Positions 40,465 to 54,063 are shown, counted from the first letter of the stretch. The stretch is 64,000 bases of DNA from Eledone cirrhosa (GCA_964016885.1 OZ024745.1:92256001-92320000), one strand, 5' to 3'. Notes: generated from the letters alone by a model not told the origin. Made by a program: numbers and translations.

Positions 40465-43415
40465 CAGGGGTCGACAACCCCCGGCCCGCGGGCCACATCC
40501 GGCCCTCGAGTGAATTTTGTCCGGCCCGTCATCTTACATTGGACAATAATTATCTAATTAGTATCGAATACAGATACAGTAGTTCACTTCAAAGTTGTGC
40601 CGACCTGATGCCCATCACAAATCGCTGCTCATACCGTATATATTTACAGATACCTTTGTAACCTTATTATATTTTCCATTTATTATTATTTTCTCTTATC
40701 CATCTTTTTCTGGGCTTTCCGCCAAGCATTATATCACATGTATTATTATTTCCTGTGATTTCATGTATGTATTTTTGTTCCAGTCAACAAACAAAAATGT
40801 TGGCTGGAAGTATACATTTTCGTCAGCGACTGGAAGGTATACTACCTTACGGTTCGCATGACTCGCTTTTATACCCATATTGTCATTCAATAAAATCACT
40901 CGTGAATTATTGTCATCTTCGTTTGCCTGGCCTTACCTGTGCCCCCCGGCACAAGGTAAAGCTGTCCTTGGAAAAATTACTACCTTCCCTCCTCCCCAGA
41001 GTATTTTCATTTGAGTTTGTTGTTTTGTCGTATAACAACTATACAGTAGGTATCTTTATTCGATAATAACGTTTATTTAATTATTTGTGATAAATTGTGT
41101 GAATTATTATTATTAGAATTAGGCCAAAAGTGGTTTAAAAGAACAAATGGCAACCCTGATCTAACTAACAACGTCGTTAGAAACCTGGTTTTATATAATT
41201 TATTCACAATTATCATATGCTATCGCATTACTGTATTTGCATTTACATTTGTTTTCATTGTTTCTTATTTATTCTGATTATTATACTTTTTGTTCGTTTT
41301 CCTTTCCATAAATCATTTTTGTTTGAACAAAATCAAGCCCATGGAAGCTAAGAAAAGAAAAGTGGATTTGGATTGCCGAACTTTTAACGATGGCTGGACA
41401 CGTAGCTATTTTTTCATTGAGTACTTCAGAAAATGTGTTTGATTAATTTGTCAAGAGACCATTGCCGTGAAGAAAGTTTCAAATATTAAACGGCACTATG
41501 AAACTCGTCATAATCATTACAACAGTTTTACTGGAAAAGTACGAGTAAACGAAGTTGCACGGCTGAGAAGTAATGTAACAAAGCAATCATCCTTTTTCAC
41601 TAGAAAAGTTGAAGAAAATGACCGAAACACTCGTGCTAGCTACGAGGTCTCAAAACTAATTGCAGAAAGGATGAAACCTTTTACTGATGGAGATTTCGTC
41701 AAAGAATTATTGTTGAAGGTAGCAGATGTTGTTTGTCCAGAAAAAATGGAATTATTTTCTGCGATCAGCTTATCGACAAGAACAGTAACAAGGCGAATTG
41801 AAGAGCTGGCAGCAAATGTCAGAAGTGGCTTGGAGGGCATTTTAAATAATCTGGAGTATTATTCCATTGCTATCGATGAAATCACAGATATGAAGGATAT
41901 TTGTCAACTTGCAGTGTTTGATATTGTGGAAGAATTTGTACAATTGATTCCTATGAAGGACACTAGCACTGGAGCAGATATTTTGGAAATTTGGAAAGCA
42001 TAATAAAATGGATTACCGAAATGAATCTGGATTTATCAAAGCTTTCTGGAGTGATCACAGATGGAGCACCAGCAATGGTTTGAGAGAAAAAGAGGTGTGT
42101 TGCATTGCTCCAAAACCAATCAAAGAGGTGTGTTGCAATGATCAAAAACTAATCAAACTGCATTGCATTATTCATCAAGAAGCATTATGTGCAAAGTCAC
42201 TGAATTTTAAGGACATCATGGCAATGGTCGTGAAAACTGAATTTTATACTGTCAAGAGGACTAAATCACCGCCAGTTTCAAGAATTTCTAAAACAAATTG
42301 AAGCAGAGTATGGCGACCTTACATATTTTTCAAATGCTCGATGGCTTCGCCGTAGAAGAATGATAGAACGAGTATATGCATTGAGAGAAGAGATTTCTAT
42401 GTTTTTAGAAAGCAAAGACCAAGATAATTCTTACTTTCAGGATCCACAGTGGGTTGTCAAGTTAGCTTTTTTAGTGGAGAGCACGACCCACATGAACACT
42501 TTGAATCTTGAGCTTCAAGGAAAGAACAAGGTTTGTATTTGAGATGTTTGGTCAAATTACTGCTTTTGAGAGAAAACTTCGACTGTGGGAATCACAACTT
42601 CAAAAAGGAAACTGCTCTCATTTCCCAAGTCTTCAAAACCACAAGAGAGATATAATACCAGACATCTTTGTGAGCTCTATTAAGGATTTGAGAAGCGAGT
42701 TTTCCTCTCGTTTTGCTGACTTCCGGCAATATGGAACTCTATTTAAATTATTTGGTACTCCTTACAAAACAGATGTGGAGCAAGTGGCAGAGGAATATCA
42801 GTTGGAGTTAATTGACGAATCTGTGAAATCGAAATTTCAGTTCGAATCCACTGCTGACTTCTACAAGCGGAAAATATAAAAACGTCTTGACTAATGCGAA
42901 ACTGATGATATCATTATTTGGAAGTACATATGCTTGTGAACAACTTTTTTTCAAAATGAAATATACTAAAAGTCATTTAAGAACAAGGTTGCGTGACGAC
43001 CACCTGGATGATGTTTTGCTCCAGTCATCGACAAATATTTCACCTGATGTGGAGAAGTTATCGCACAATAAGCAGAAACAAGTGTCTCATTTAATCATTT
43101 ACCATTTCTAACTGTATTTCGTTTGTAGCAAGGAATTTGCTTTTTTTTTTGTTGATTGTGATAGTAGTTGTTTTTCTGTTATTCCTGCAGTAAAATAAGG
43201 AATTTGCTTTTTTTTGTTGAATGTGTTTGTACTTTTTTTTTTTCTTTTGTTATTCCTGCAGTAAAATAAGGGGCCTTGTTAAAATAAAATTATATTAAAT
43301 TCCTTGTTTTGCTTTAAACCTCCAGTAAATTTATTTACATATTTAATAACATAGCCCCCTCCATGACACTGCATCGCTGTTTGGCCCTCTCTCTCCAAAA
43401 GGTTGCCGACCCCTT
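40465..43415 (+). mobile_element. hAT transposon (Buster/SPIN/GTF2IRD2-like)
   Basis: TIRs caggggtcgacaacc and ggttgccgacccct; near-TSD atgtaagc/ttgtaagc (nnnTAnnn); GGCCC subterminal motifs. Confidence 0.9.
41341..43093 (+). pseudogene. hAT transposase with multiple stops and frameshifts
   Basis: Motifs MEAKKRKVD..LIC..NIKRHYETRH, KPFTDGDFVK, YSIAIDE, TDGAPAM, LHCIIHQEALC, LNLELQG and FGSTYACEQLF..MK. Confidence 0.9.
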
Positions 43416-43549
43416 ACATTGTAAGCTATACCCATTTTCACAGGAGAAAACATCTTTCACTCACCCCAAAGTTGGTGGATGATCTCCCCGTCCGACGGGG
43501 AAAGCTGACAGGCCTGCATTAACTTACGAAATAATTTAAAATAAGTACA

Positions 43550-43730
43550 ATAATTGTTTCTACTTTAGGCACAAGGCCAGCAATTACCCAGTGCATTACT
43601 GGTACTTTATTTTATCGACCCCGTAGGGATGAAAGGCAAAGTTAACCTCGGCGGGATTTGAACTCAGAATGACAAGGGCCGTAACTCTATGCGTCAAAGC
43701 ATGGCGTCCGACCCTCTACCGATACTGCCA
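43550..43730 (-). mobile_element. SINE family A
   Basis: Reverse complement of a nearly complete copy. Confidence 0.85.
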
Positions 43731-43828
43731 AGTACAATAATGAACATTAAGGTAACAGACACACTCACATATGTGCACACAAACATAACAGCCAACGTAC
43801 CAATGACAGAGCTTCTACATGTTCGCTC

Positions 43829-44954
43829 GACCTCGTTAGAAATAGCAGCAGAATCTCCCTCAATCTACCTTCAACTGACCTCATTAGAAATAGCAGCAGA
43901 ATCTCCCTCAATCTACCTTCAACTGACCTCATTAGAAATGGTAGCAGAATCTCCCTCAATCTACCGTTAACTGACCTCATTAGAAATGGTAGCAGAATCT
44001 CCCTCAATCTACCTTCAACTGACCTCATTAGAAATGGTAGCAGAATCTCCCTCAATCTACCTTCAACTGACCTCATTAGAAATAGCAGCAGAATCTCCCT
44101 CAATCTACCTTCAACTGACCTCATTAGAAATGGTAGCAGAACCTCCCTCAATCTACCGTTAACTGACCTCATTAGAAATGGTAGCAGAATCTCCCTCAAT
44201 CTACCTTCAACTGACCTCATTAGAAATAGCAGCAGAATCTCCCTCAATCTACCTTCAACTGACCTCATTAGAAATGGTAGCAGAATCTCCCTCAATCTAC
44301 CTTCAACTGACCTCATTAGAAATGGTAGCAGAATCTCCCTCAATCTATCTTCAACTGACCTCATTAGAAATAGCAGCAGAATCTCCCTCAATCTACCTTA
44401 AACTGACCTCATTAGAAATAGCAGCAGAATCTCCCTCAATCTCCCTCAATCTACCTTCAACTGACCTCATTAGAAATAGCAGCAGAATCTCCCTCAATCT
44501 ACCTTCAACCGACCTCATTAGAAATAGCAGCAGAATCTCCCTCAATCTACCTTCAACTGACCTCATTAGAAATGGTAGCAGAATCTCCCTCAATCTACCT
44601 TCAACTGACCTCATTAGAAATGGTAGCAGAATCTCCCTCAATCTATCTTCAACTGACCTCATTAGAAATAGCAGCAGAATCTCCCTCAATCTACCTTAAA
44701 CTGACCTCATTAGAAATAGCAGCAGAATCTCCCTCAATCTCCCTCAATCTACCTTCAACTGACCTCATTAGAAATAGCAGCAGAATCTCCCTCAATCTAC
44801 CTTCAACCGACCTCATTAGACATAGCAGCAGAATCTCCCTCAATCTACCTTCAACCGACCTCATTAGAAATGGTAGCAGAATCTCCCTCAATTTACCTTC
44901 AACTGACCTCATTAGAAATGGTAGCAGAATCTCCCTCAATCTACCTTCAACCGA
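43829..44954. repeat. 48-bp minisatellite (about 23 copies) inside a dispersed repeat
   Basis: Unit gacctcattagaaatrgyagcagaatctccctcaatctaccttcaact. Confidence 0.96.
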
Positions 44955-45277
44955 ATATTAAATATATGGGATGCGATAGTCACAGCTGGAATATTTTTGA
45001 TCGAAGATCTGTTCAATCATAGCTGACCTAAGCTTAAACAATAACAACAACAACAACAACAACAACAAGAATAATAATAATAGCAGCAGCAGCAGCCGCA
45101 ATAATACCAAGTTGTAGTTATTGATAAAAAAGGAAAACGTGTTACTTCTTTTGTGTGAATATTATTCCACAGAGTTATAAACAAGTTTGATTACTGCAAA
45201 ACAGACAAACATTAAAAGCATACAATGTCGATCTGCTACGTCTCTGTCATACGTTAATAAGACTCTATAATAAACTA

Positions 45278-45349
<72 letters not shown>

Positions 45350-45442
45350 ATTTATCAAAGTATACATGCATTTATATACACATACACACACGTAGATACA
45401 TTATACGTACGTACATACACACTTACAAACATACATATTTAT

Positions 45443-45845
45443 ACCTGTGATTATTGGGGCCCTGGAATATGTTAGTAACTGCCTCATTACAAATCTTGAG
45501 AAGCTGGGCTTCCCAGAACAGAAAGAACATGACTAGTTAGGAAATTACAATTACAATCCATTAATAGAACAGTTAAAATATGTAAAACATTCCAAAAATT
45601 CTGCATCTAATAACTGCATGTACACATGTACAGATGCAAAACATGTGCACATGCATACATACAACTCAAAACATACATCCACACATACAATAACATCCAT
45701 ACCTGCACACACATGCATGCAGACATACATACATATCTACCTAGTTGATGTTGTGTAAATTCCAATGAGAGTCTTGTATCTATGTTAAAAACCGACCCTC
45801 TCTCTCTATCGGTAAAAATTTGTGAAATTATAAAACCAGAAGAAC

Positions 45846-45846
<1 letters not shown>
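45443..45846 (+). mobile_element. 3' end fragment of the RLE-type LINE
   Basis: Highly similar to 7109-7500 in reverse complement. Confidence 0.88.
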
Positions 45847-45900
<54 letters not shown>

Positions 45901-46400
45901 ACCCTCCTTCAAAAACGAAGGAGAGGCGGTTTTCCTTTGTGTGATAGCTATGGCGAAAGAGGTTGTATGGTGGACAAGGTTGAAAGGGCTGAGGTCAGAC
46001 ACCTTTCTCTCCGGCCAACAACTGATTCTTTTTTTCAAATACCACTTTGGAAGAAGAATCAGGATGGAGAGAGAGGTGCTGTACCCCAGCAAGTTTTATG
46101 AAAGGTGGGTGAAAGTGGCGAGAATGGCCCGAGTGAATGGGCCTTCTCTCTATATCAGCCTGTAGATTGAGGAAAAGGAGGAGGAGAGGAAAGGAGTACA
46201 AGCTCTTCGTACTCCTGGAGATGAGGGTTGCACATTTTTTTCGGGGGTATGTGTTACCCATATAAACTGTCTCCCTCTATTGGGGAAAATCGACTAACTT
46301 TTAAATTCCATCTGTGATAACATTTTACACGTTTTTATTGTAAACTTCCCCCTTTGTATTTGTCCCCTTCTTTTGTGCCCCTGTGGCTAATAAAGAAATA
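45901..46400 (+). mobile_element. 3' fragment of the Tx1-like LINE between (CTAT)n tracts
   Basis: Peptide SFKNEGEAVFL..MAKEVVWWTRL, then AATAAAGAAA followed by (CTAT)n. Confidence 0.85.
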
Positions 46401-46982
46401 TATCTATCTATCTATCTATTGATAGTAGGATGTATACAATTTAGCTGGTAAGTTTCTGTCAATTTATTTATAAAAAACAGAAATTCTTGTAAAAAAAAAA
46501 CACATTGTTTTGTAGATTAACCCCAGGCTGAATTGTCAGCTGGGTGGCAAGCTTATTTTTCGCACTCCACTGGGGCGAAAATTTAATTTAAAAAAAACTG
46601 TCCAAAAACTTTTAATATTTTGCCACCAACAATGGCTAGCGTACGAAGGAAAAAGAAAGAATGAAATAAACTTTAAAGTTGATACGAGCTCTGCCTGTAT
46701 CAATGTAGCTGACAACAAAGTTTTGTTTCACGAAAGTGAAGTATACAATAAAAACAAAATTGAACCACACAGTGTACAACAGACACCAAAAACAACAGAA
46801 AATATAACGATTGACACAACTACAAACGGAAAAACTGACAACCACAACAACAACACCAAAAAATAACTTTTACAGAAACAGTCACAAATGAAATGGATTT
46901 TAACGTTGCCTCAAACTCTGCATGTATCGGCGTCACTATGGAAGCCAATAAGGACAAGGTTTTGTTTCACGAAAGTGAAGTA

Positions 46983-47878
46983 GAAGTTGTCTCAGAAAAG
47001 TTCCAGGACTGATGTCACAAAAGATTTATTTCAAACCCAAACTTCACACTATGAGTTTTCTCCTTCAAAGTAATCCCCCTGGAGTCTAATGCACTTTTCC
47101 ATCCTTTTCTGCCACGCTTGCATGCACTCCTGGAAGGATTCTTCCAGGATCCTCCGCAGTTCCGTCGTCACAGCCTTTTTGATGTCGTCCACGTCTTCAA
47201 AACGGGTCCCCTCCGGGTCGTACTCGAAGATCCATGACTCATCACCGTTGATGACTGTCCCTAGCAAGTCTGGTTCGGTTTCAAGACGCTTGAGGATGTC
47301 CTGGCACACTTGCATGCGTTGACCCTTCTGGTCATCGTTCAGCAGTTTTGGCACCATCTTCGCGCAGACTTTCCGCATGTCCAAATCTTCAGTGAGAATC
47401 TTCCAGACGCTGTCCCGATTCATGCCCAGCTCATTTTCCATCAGTCGAACAGTCAGCCGACGATCGCTACGCACCATCTGCCTGACGCGCTCAACGTTAA
47501 CCTCAGTCCTGGTTGTTGAGGGCCTTCCGCTCCTGGGGTCATCTTCCACGTCCTCGCGTCCTTCTTTAAACCTCTTGCACCACTCAAAATCACGTGAGCG
47601 GGACATCGTCTCATTTCCATACACTTTCTGCAGCAATCCCAGTGCTTCTGACGGAGTTTTCAAGTTTGTTCGCTGCTCTGTGCTCATTGCTTGACGACCT
47701 GAAACAGAGGACATGTATATAAAATTATGAAGAAAAAAGTTTGATCATTGCAGAGAGCTAAGATTACAGTTACATACTCCAGGGGGATTACTTTGAAGGA
47801 GAACACTCTTAGTGTGAAGTTTGGGTTTGAAATAAATCTTTTGTGACATCAGTCCTGGAACTTTTCTGACACACCTCG
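46983..47878 (-). mobile_element. Mariner derivative with ~103-bp inverted ends and TA TSD
   Basis: TA at 46981-46982 and 47879-47880; inverted arms 46983-47085 and 47776-47878. It interrupts the LINE 5' leader (uninterrupted version at 46715-46770). Confidence 0.9.
47049..47714 (-). CDS. Internally deleted mariner transposase: HTH DNA-binding domain and first catalytic Asp fused to the C-terminal tail
   Basis: Motifs RFKEGREDVEDDPRSGRP, KMVPKLL and GDESWIFEYDPE joined directly to GTRFEDVD..GDYFE. Confidence 0.8.
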   Translation of the reverse strand: MSSVSGRQAMSTEQRTNLKTPSEALGLLQKVYGNETMSRSRDFEWCKRFKEGREDVEDDPRSGRPSTTRTEVNVERVRQMVRSDRRLTVRLMENELGMNRDSVWKILTEDLDMRKVCAKMVPKLLNDDQKGQRMQVCQDILKRLETEPDLLGTVINGDESWIFEYDPEGTRFEDVDDIKKAVTTELRRILEESFQECMQAWQKRMEKCIRLQGDYFEGENS

Positions 47879-49571
47879 TATGTAATAAAAACAAAATTGA
47901 ACCACACAGTGTACAACAGACACCCAAAACAACAGAAAAAACAACAGAAAATAAAACAACTGACACAACTACAAACGGAAAAACCGACAACCACAACCAC
48001 AACAACAACAACACTAAAAAAAAAAAGAAACTTTTGCACAAACAGTCATGAACAAACAAGATTTCAAGGATCTCGATATCTCCAATGCGAGACAGATGCT
48101 CTCTGAAGCAAAGGAGTTTATTATTTTCGGAGAAAACGGTGGGTTTAAAATAAACTCATCCCCAGAAATTCGTCTTGAAACACTTCGAAGGACAGTTACC
48201 TTCAGAACTGCTTCAAATGAAACAAGAAAACCGGCATTCCTCAGTCAAGGGGAAATTGAAGCAACATTGAAGGAGATATTGCCAAACATAGACTTTATGC
48301 AGAGGGCCAAACAGTATGGGAGTATTTCGGTGCTCCTCAAAAGCGAGGCCCTCGCACAAAAATATTCCGTGACACCAATACTGTCAAAAAAAATACACAT
48401 TTTCCCCTACATACCTGGGAAAAAGGACTAAAAAAATCAAAAATACCAACATACCACCAAATATTAAAATTTGGTGGATATTGGCAGTTTTTTTAGAGGG
48501 ACAGGACACCATTCTCTCCATCAAGAAATCAACCAGACACACGTGGTCTTGTACAAATTTGGAGATTATGGTTCAAATGAGGCCGGAGAGAATCTCCAAA
48601 ATACCCGAAAGAGTGCTGGTCGACAACAACAGCCACATCAAAATTTCGACCGAAGGTAGAAGACCACACTGATTCCGATGTAACAGTACATCGCATCTAA
48701 AGACCTCCTGCCCTTTACAGACACACTTTAAAAAAACAACCCTCCAAAAAATACTGTTACCAACACCAACACCAAAACCACCACCACAACAACAACAACA
48801 CACAAAACAAGCAAACGCACCAAAACAAACAGCCACTCAACCAACAACAGCAGGAAAAACACAAACAACTCCCCTGAAGAACACAGTCCCACCTCATCCC
48901 ACTCCATCTAACACTGCCACAAACACACCATCACCACACAACATACCCCTACTGCAAGCTCCTGATGACGAATCACCGTCAGACGAGGCTACTTCTTCAT
49001 CCCCAAGTGAAGATGAAGGACAGCCTCGAAAAAAAAAAAAAAAGAGGCACCGCAAAGTCACAAAAACAACAATCACCAACACCAACACACAACCACCGAC
49101 ACAAACAACAACACAAACAACACCACAATCAACCGCCCCCCTAACAGCAAAACAAACACCAACACCACCCCAAACACAAGCACCCACCTTAAAAAGAAAA
49201 CTCCCGGACGAACAACAAACTAAAACAACACAACAAAAACACAAACAACAATACGCATACATCACCACCAACAACAAGAATTTGATGGAGGTCATCTCCC
49301 AAAACCCCAAGGTGGAGACGGAGGGTAAAACTTTCGTTAAAGCAGAATCGTCTCCACACCTCAAACTGATAAGGGTTTCCATGGAAACATATAGCGAACT
49401 AAAAACTGAATTTTCGCAGGACGTGAGCAACCCCTGTCAAAAACCCATAAACCGCGTCCTGTTAAAATATTTCCCCACCCCACCAAAATGGAGATTGAAC
49501 AACCCGATCTCCAGGAAACGAAAAAGTAAGTGCACCTTTTCGTCCTTTTTCGCCAACTCTTCCCCACCAAC

Positions 49572-52500
49572 ATGGCTAATTTACGAGTTGGAAGCGTGAA
49601 TGTGCGTGGCCTAGAGATACAGGGCCAACTTTTAAACGACCTTAAGTCACACGGTATGGATGTGATAGCCATCACCGAATCCAGGATCCACAACAGGCAG
49701 CAACTAACCGCCATCTTCAATGACTTTGAAATCTACGCATCTCTCTGTCAGACAGGAGGTGGAGGGGGAACATATCGCTCCTTGCTTTTAGTGGGGAACT
49801 GGAATAGTATCCTAGACGTACGCTGGGACTATGTAGGATCATGTCCCAGTAGAGAGGGGTGCAGCAGCCTCAAAAATTTAATCGGCCAATTCCAACTGGC
49901 CGATAGGTATCGACTGGATTTCCCAACTGCACCACAGTGGACGGGGACAAAACGAGATTGTATTTAGACAGGTTCTTTGTTAGAGAGAGAGAGACAAGAA
50001 GATGTTAAGCTGTCCACAAATGCACATGGTTGGCTATTCAGACCACAAACTAGTCATCTGCATAGTCAACCGTGATAGAATACATAGACAAGGACCCGGA
50101 TACTGGAAGCTGAACGTGTCGCTACCGACACGTAAAGCCTAAAGTGAACGGATAAGTAGATTAGTTAAGCAACAATTGACGGGAGCCATCGTTAACAATA
50201 GAGTAGAGTCGATAGGCTTTAGCAGCGAGTTAGCCTCAGAGAAAAACAAAACAGAAACGGAACTAGTAGCCAAGGTAGAGGAGGCGCTTAGGAGTGGCAA
50301 CGTACCTAGAGTGCTAGCAACGAGAATGGCACTGGACCAGTTCTTCGACGCGAAACACGAAGGCTGCGTGGTCAGAAGTAAATCACGTGCTCTAGGAAAC
50401 GAGGGAGCAAAAGCTGTTAGCTGGGCTCGAGTGGCAGAGGCGAAAAGTGACAACAAGTCCACGATTCGGTCTTTGAAAGACCAAAACGGACGCGTGCTAC
50501 TTGACCTCAAGCGGATGTGCGCAGCCTTTCAGCGGCACTTTGCGCAACTGTTCGGGCAGACTGGCGGTGTGTCGAACGGGGAAATGGACTTCGGTTCATA
50601 CTTCGACGGCCTGCCGCGTCTCTCAGGCATGGACGCTGAGTTCTGCGAAAGACCCATCACAGCCACTGAGATACGGGACGCTCTGGGCCGCTGCGGGAAA
50701 CGCAAATCATCCGGTCTAGATGGCCTACCCTATGAGTTTTACATAGGCATGCTGGACTTGTTCTCTGGCGTCCTCGAAGCCGTCTACTGCAACTGGCAGC
50801 AGAACAGGAGAATTCCTAGTTCTGCAGGCAGGGGTGTAGTAACGCTGATCAGGAAAGACGAGAACAAGGGGGACGAACTAACAAACACAGAGTTAATGAT
50901 TTTGGCCAAGGTGTTGGCAACGAGGCTAGCGCTTATCGAGAACCTGGTAGGGAAAGCGCAAACGTGTGCAATCCCGACCAGGTCCATACACGACAACCTC
51001 CACCTCATGCGATACATCATAGAGAGGGTGGGGTGTCAACCCGGCTTCGGTGGGGCTCTGATCAATTTAGATCAGTCTAAGGCGTTCGATAGGGTCGACA
51101 ATCGATACTTGGAAGCGGTTCTCAAGGCGGCCGGTTTCGGACCCGTCTTCAGAGGCTGGATCGCCGCAATGCACACCAACATCTGCTCGATGGTCAAGGT
51201 GAACGGCTACCTATCGGAGCCGTTCGCAATCACGCGTTCCATCCGACTCGGATGCTCTCTCTCCTCCATTCTGCACGTACTGACTCTACAGCCACTACTG
51301 GGGAAGTTGGAGCTGCTGCAGGGCATTCAGTTGGAACCGGGACTGCGGAAAGCTGCGTCGGCTTATGCCGACGACGTTACGGTAATGGTGTCGGAAACCT
51401 GGGAAATCGGGCGATCGGCAACTTACTGCAGGAATACGAAAGGCTCACAGGAACAAAACTGAACACGGACAAGTCTGTCGGTTTGCAACTCAGAACGTGG
51501 AGAGGCAAACCGATTCCGTCCGACAGCGTCGTCGGACGCTGGACGGACGGATCGGGGAAATTGCTAGGGGTCTGGTTCGGTCCGGACCTCCAGGTGGAGA
51601 AAAACTGGAACGAGGTCACGGTCAAGGTATTTGCGCTCACCCAGAAGTGGGCAGAATGCAAACTATCCTTGAAAGGTCAAGCGGATGTGGCGAACACTTT
51701 CATAGCGTCCGTTATCTACTATCGCTTGACCGTCGTGCCTTGTCCCCGTGAACACCTCACCAAGATGGAACGCATGCTCTTCCAGTTTCTTTGGAAGAAG
51801 CAGGCTCCACTGGTGTGGAGATCCATCTGCTGTTAGCACCCTTCTAACGGAGGGCTGGGAATGCCGTGGCTGATGATGCGCAAACATGCGCTGAGGCTAC
51901 GGCATCTACAGGTATTCTTCACCAACCCCCAACCGGTGTGGCCACCGTTTGTGAGACAGGCCTTCCCGCAACTTGTCTCGCTGACGGAGCTGCAGTCCTG
52001 GGTCAAGCGGAGACCGAAGAAGATGGGCGCCTGGCACATTGAATGCGCTCAGGCGCTCACAGTCCTCTGTCAAGCGGGCACAGCAATCAGTGGAGACTCT
52101 ACTTCAACATTCTATAGAGGGTTAGTACGTCACAAGGGCGACGACGTGCTCGGAGATACTCTAGGCGTCGAAGACGACGAACTCACCAGTCTGTTTGGTA
52201 GGACTTTCCGCCCGGGACCTATGGACAACTACCAGAGGTCCCTGGCCTGGCAGTACTACCGAGGAGCTCTACCAGTTCGTGACAAGATCTACAGGCACGG
52301 ACGCCCCGACAGGGATCCTTCCAAGAGGTCGTGTCCAAGATGCGGGCAGGACATTGAAACTGTCTTGCACGCAATTGTACAATGCCCGGGCGTAACCGAC
52401 CTGTGGAACTACGCAGAACAACAGCTGTCGCGTATGGGACAAATCCAGTTGACTGCCGAGTCCATAGTAAGGATCAAAACGCTAACTTCTTTCAAAAACG

Positions 52501-52748
52501 AAAGAGAGACGGTTTTCCTCTATAGAGTGGCTATGGTGAAAGAGGTTATATGGTGAACGAGATTGAGAGGACTGAGGACAGATGCCTTTCTCTCCGGACA
52601 ACAACTCATTCCCTTCTTTAGGTACCACTTTAGAAGGAGAATCAGAGTGGAGAGAGAGGCACTGCACTCCAGTAAATTTACTGAAAGGTGGGTGAATGTA
52701 GCAAAAATGGCCCGAGTGATTGGGCCTTCTCTGTATATAAACCTGTAA
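49572..52748 (+). pseudogene. LINE ORF2 (APE endonuclease, RT and zf-RVT), frameshifted
   Basis: Motifs SVNVRGL, ITESR, GNWN, SDHK, GYWKLN, SSGLDGLPYEFY, LDQSKAFDRVD, YADD and CPRCG..ETVLHAIVQC. Confidence 0.9.
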
Positions 52749-53264
52749 GTTGAAAAAGAGAGCAAAAGGAAGAAAGGACCACTTGCACAACACGCTCCTG
52801 AAGTTGAAGGGTGTTCTATCGACGGGGTATTAAACAACCCATTTGTGGTACCTCCTCCCTATTGGGGATTTCGATTGTTATAATTGTTTGTTTTATATTT
52901 TTTTACACGATTGTATGTAAAATTCCCGACATGTCTTTGTTTTACCCCTTTTCTTGTGCGCCCTTGTGGCTAATAAAGAAATATATCTATCTATCTAAAA
53001 GTCTAAAGTCTGTCTTAAGCCAGAAGGCCCATTTGGCCGTTGCTTATCCCGGTTTCATGGCGTGAAGCGGCTAACAGTGCAAGATCCCCCACCTGGACAG
53101 GACGCCAGTTCATCGTAGGGTTAAACCCCCAGCTATTGCAACGTGAAATGAAGTGTTTTTCTCAAGAACACAACACGCAACACAGGAATCGAACCCACGA
53201 CATCATGATCATACGTCCAACACCCTTATCACTAGGCCACGTGCCTCAACCATATACATACATA

Positions 53265-53612
53265 ATGGCTGACCCCTCGTTATCGAGTATTGCACGATAT
53301 AACCTTATTAATAATTATCAATTATCGTTATCGTGCAATGCCTGTGCGTGAAGATTTTTTTAAAGTGAGGAAAGACCGTGCACTAAGCCAATCCCACTCT
53401 CTGAGCGACAGTAGCTATAACACGAAAAGAAGAAAAGATCAACATTATCGGTAACTACTGAGCCGCAGGTTTTATGTCGGAGTTATCCCAGTTTCCTGAG
53501 TTGCCTTCTCCTAGAAGAATGCCCTGACAAAGGCTAGGAGTCCTTCACTCCCAGTGGTTTAACCGCGAGATCGGGTATCCAACCCGATTATTTCTATATC
53601 CCCGCGCATTTA
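53265..53612 (-). mobile_element. RTE-derived short element (second subfamily)
   Basis: Reverse-complement match to 11077-11385, with (ATAC)n flanks. Confidence 0.75.
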
Positions 53613-53733
53613 CATACACATGCATGCATACATACATACATACATACATGCATACATACATACATACATACATACATACATACATACATACATACATACA
53701 TACATACATACATACATACATACATACATACAT

Positions 53734-54063
53734 GGTGGCTGCCAACTTTTATTCGAGTACGGCCACTACTTTATATCCATGTAGGAGAACCCCTACCGAT
53801 GCGCTGAACAAGTGTGACTTTTTAGTCCAGCCAGCGACTTGAAAACACTGGTACAAACACTACACTTGTGACAATTATTGACACATAGTGCTGGGCCCAT
53901 GGTACCATGTGACGACAAGTGCAGAGAGATCTCCAGATATAAAGCAATGCCTGTGCCTTGAAGCTTTTATAGTGAGCAAAGGCACTGCATAAAGCCAGTC
54001 CAACTCTCTTAACCAAGATGATATTTACCAAAAAGAAGAACAAGTCAACATCATTGGATACCA
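53734..54063 (-). mobile_element. RTE-derived short element, 5'-truncated copy
   Basis: Near-identical to 5659-5988 in reverse complement. Confidence 0.8.

Larger units (their letters stand above)
40360..43516 (+). mobile_element. 6-bp-TSD MITE split by a hAT insertion
   Basis: Halves 40360-40464 and 43419-43516 together match 2262-2455 in reverse complement. TSD cattaa on both sides. Confidence 0.85.
46925..52995 (+). mobile_element. Near-full-length Tx1/L1-like LINE, decayed
   Basis: ORF1 from 48048 has a gag-like knuckle (*)FRCNSTSHLKTSC. ORF2 from 49572 has APE, RT and a C-terminal zinc finger. AATAAA and a (CTAT) tail follow. The 5' boundary is approximate. Confidence 0.88.

Noticed and set aside
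48660-48712. In-frame TGA at the first Cys of the ORF1 zinc knuckle as possible selenocysteine
   Set aside because: The element has many other stops and frameshifts, so a point mutation is the simpler explanation.
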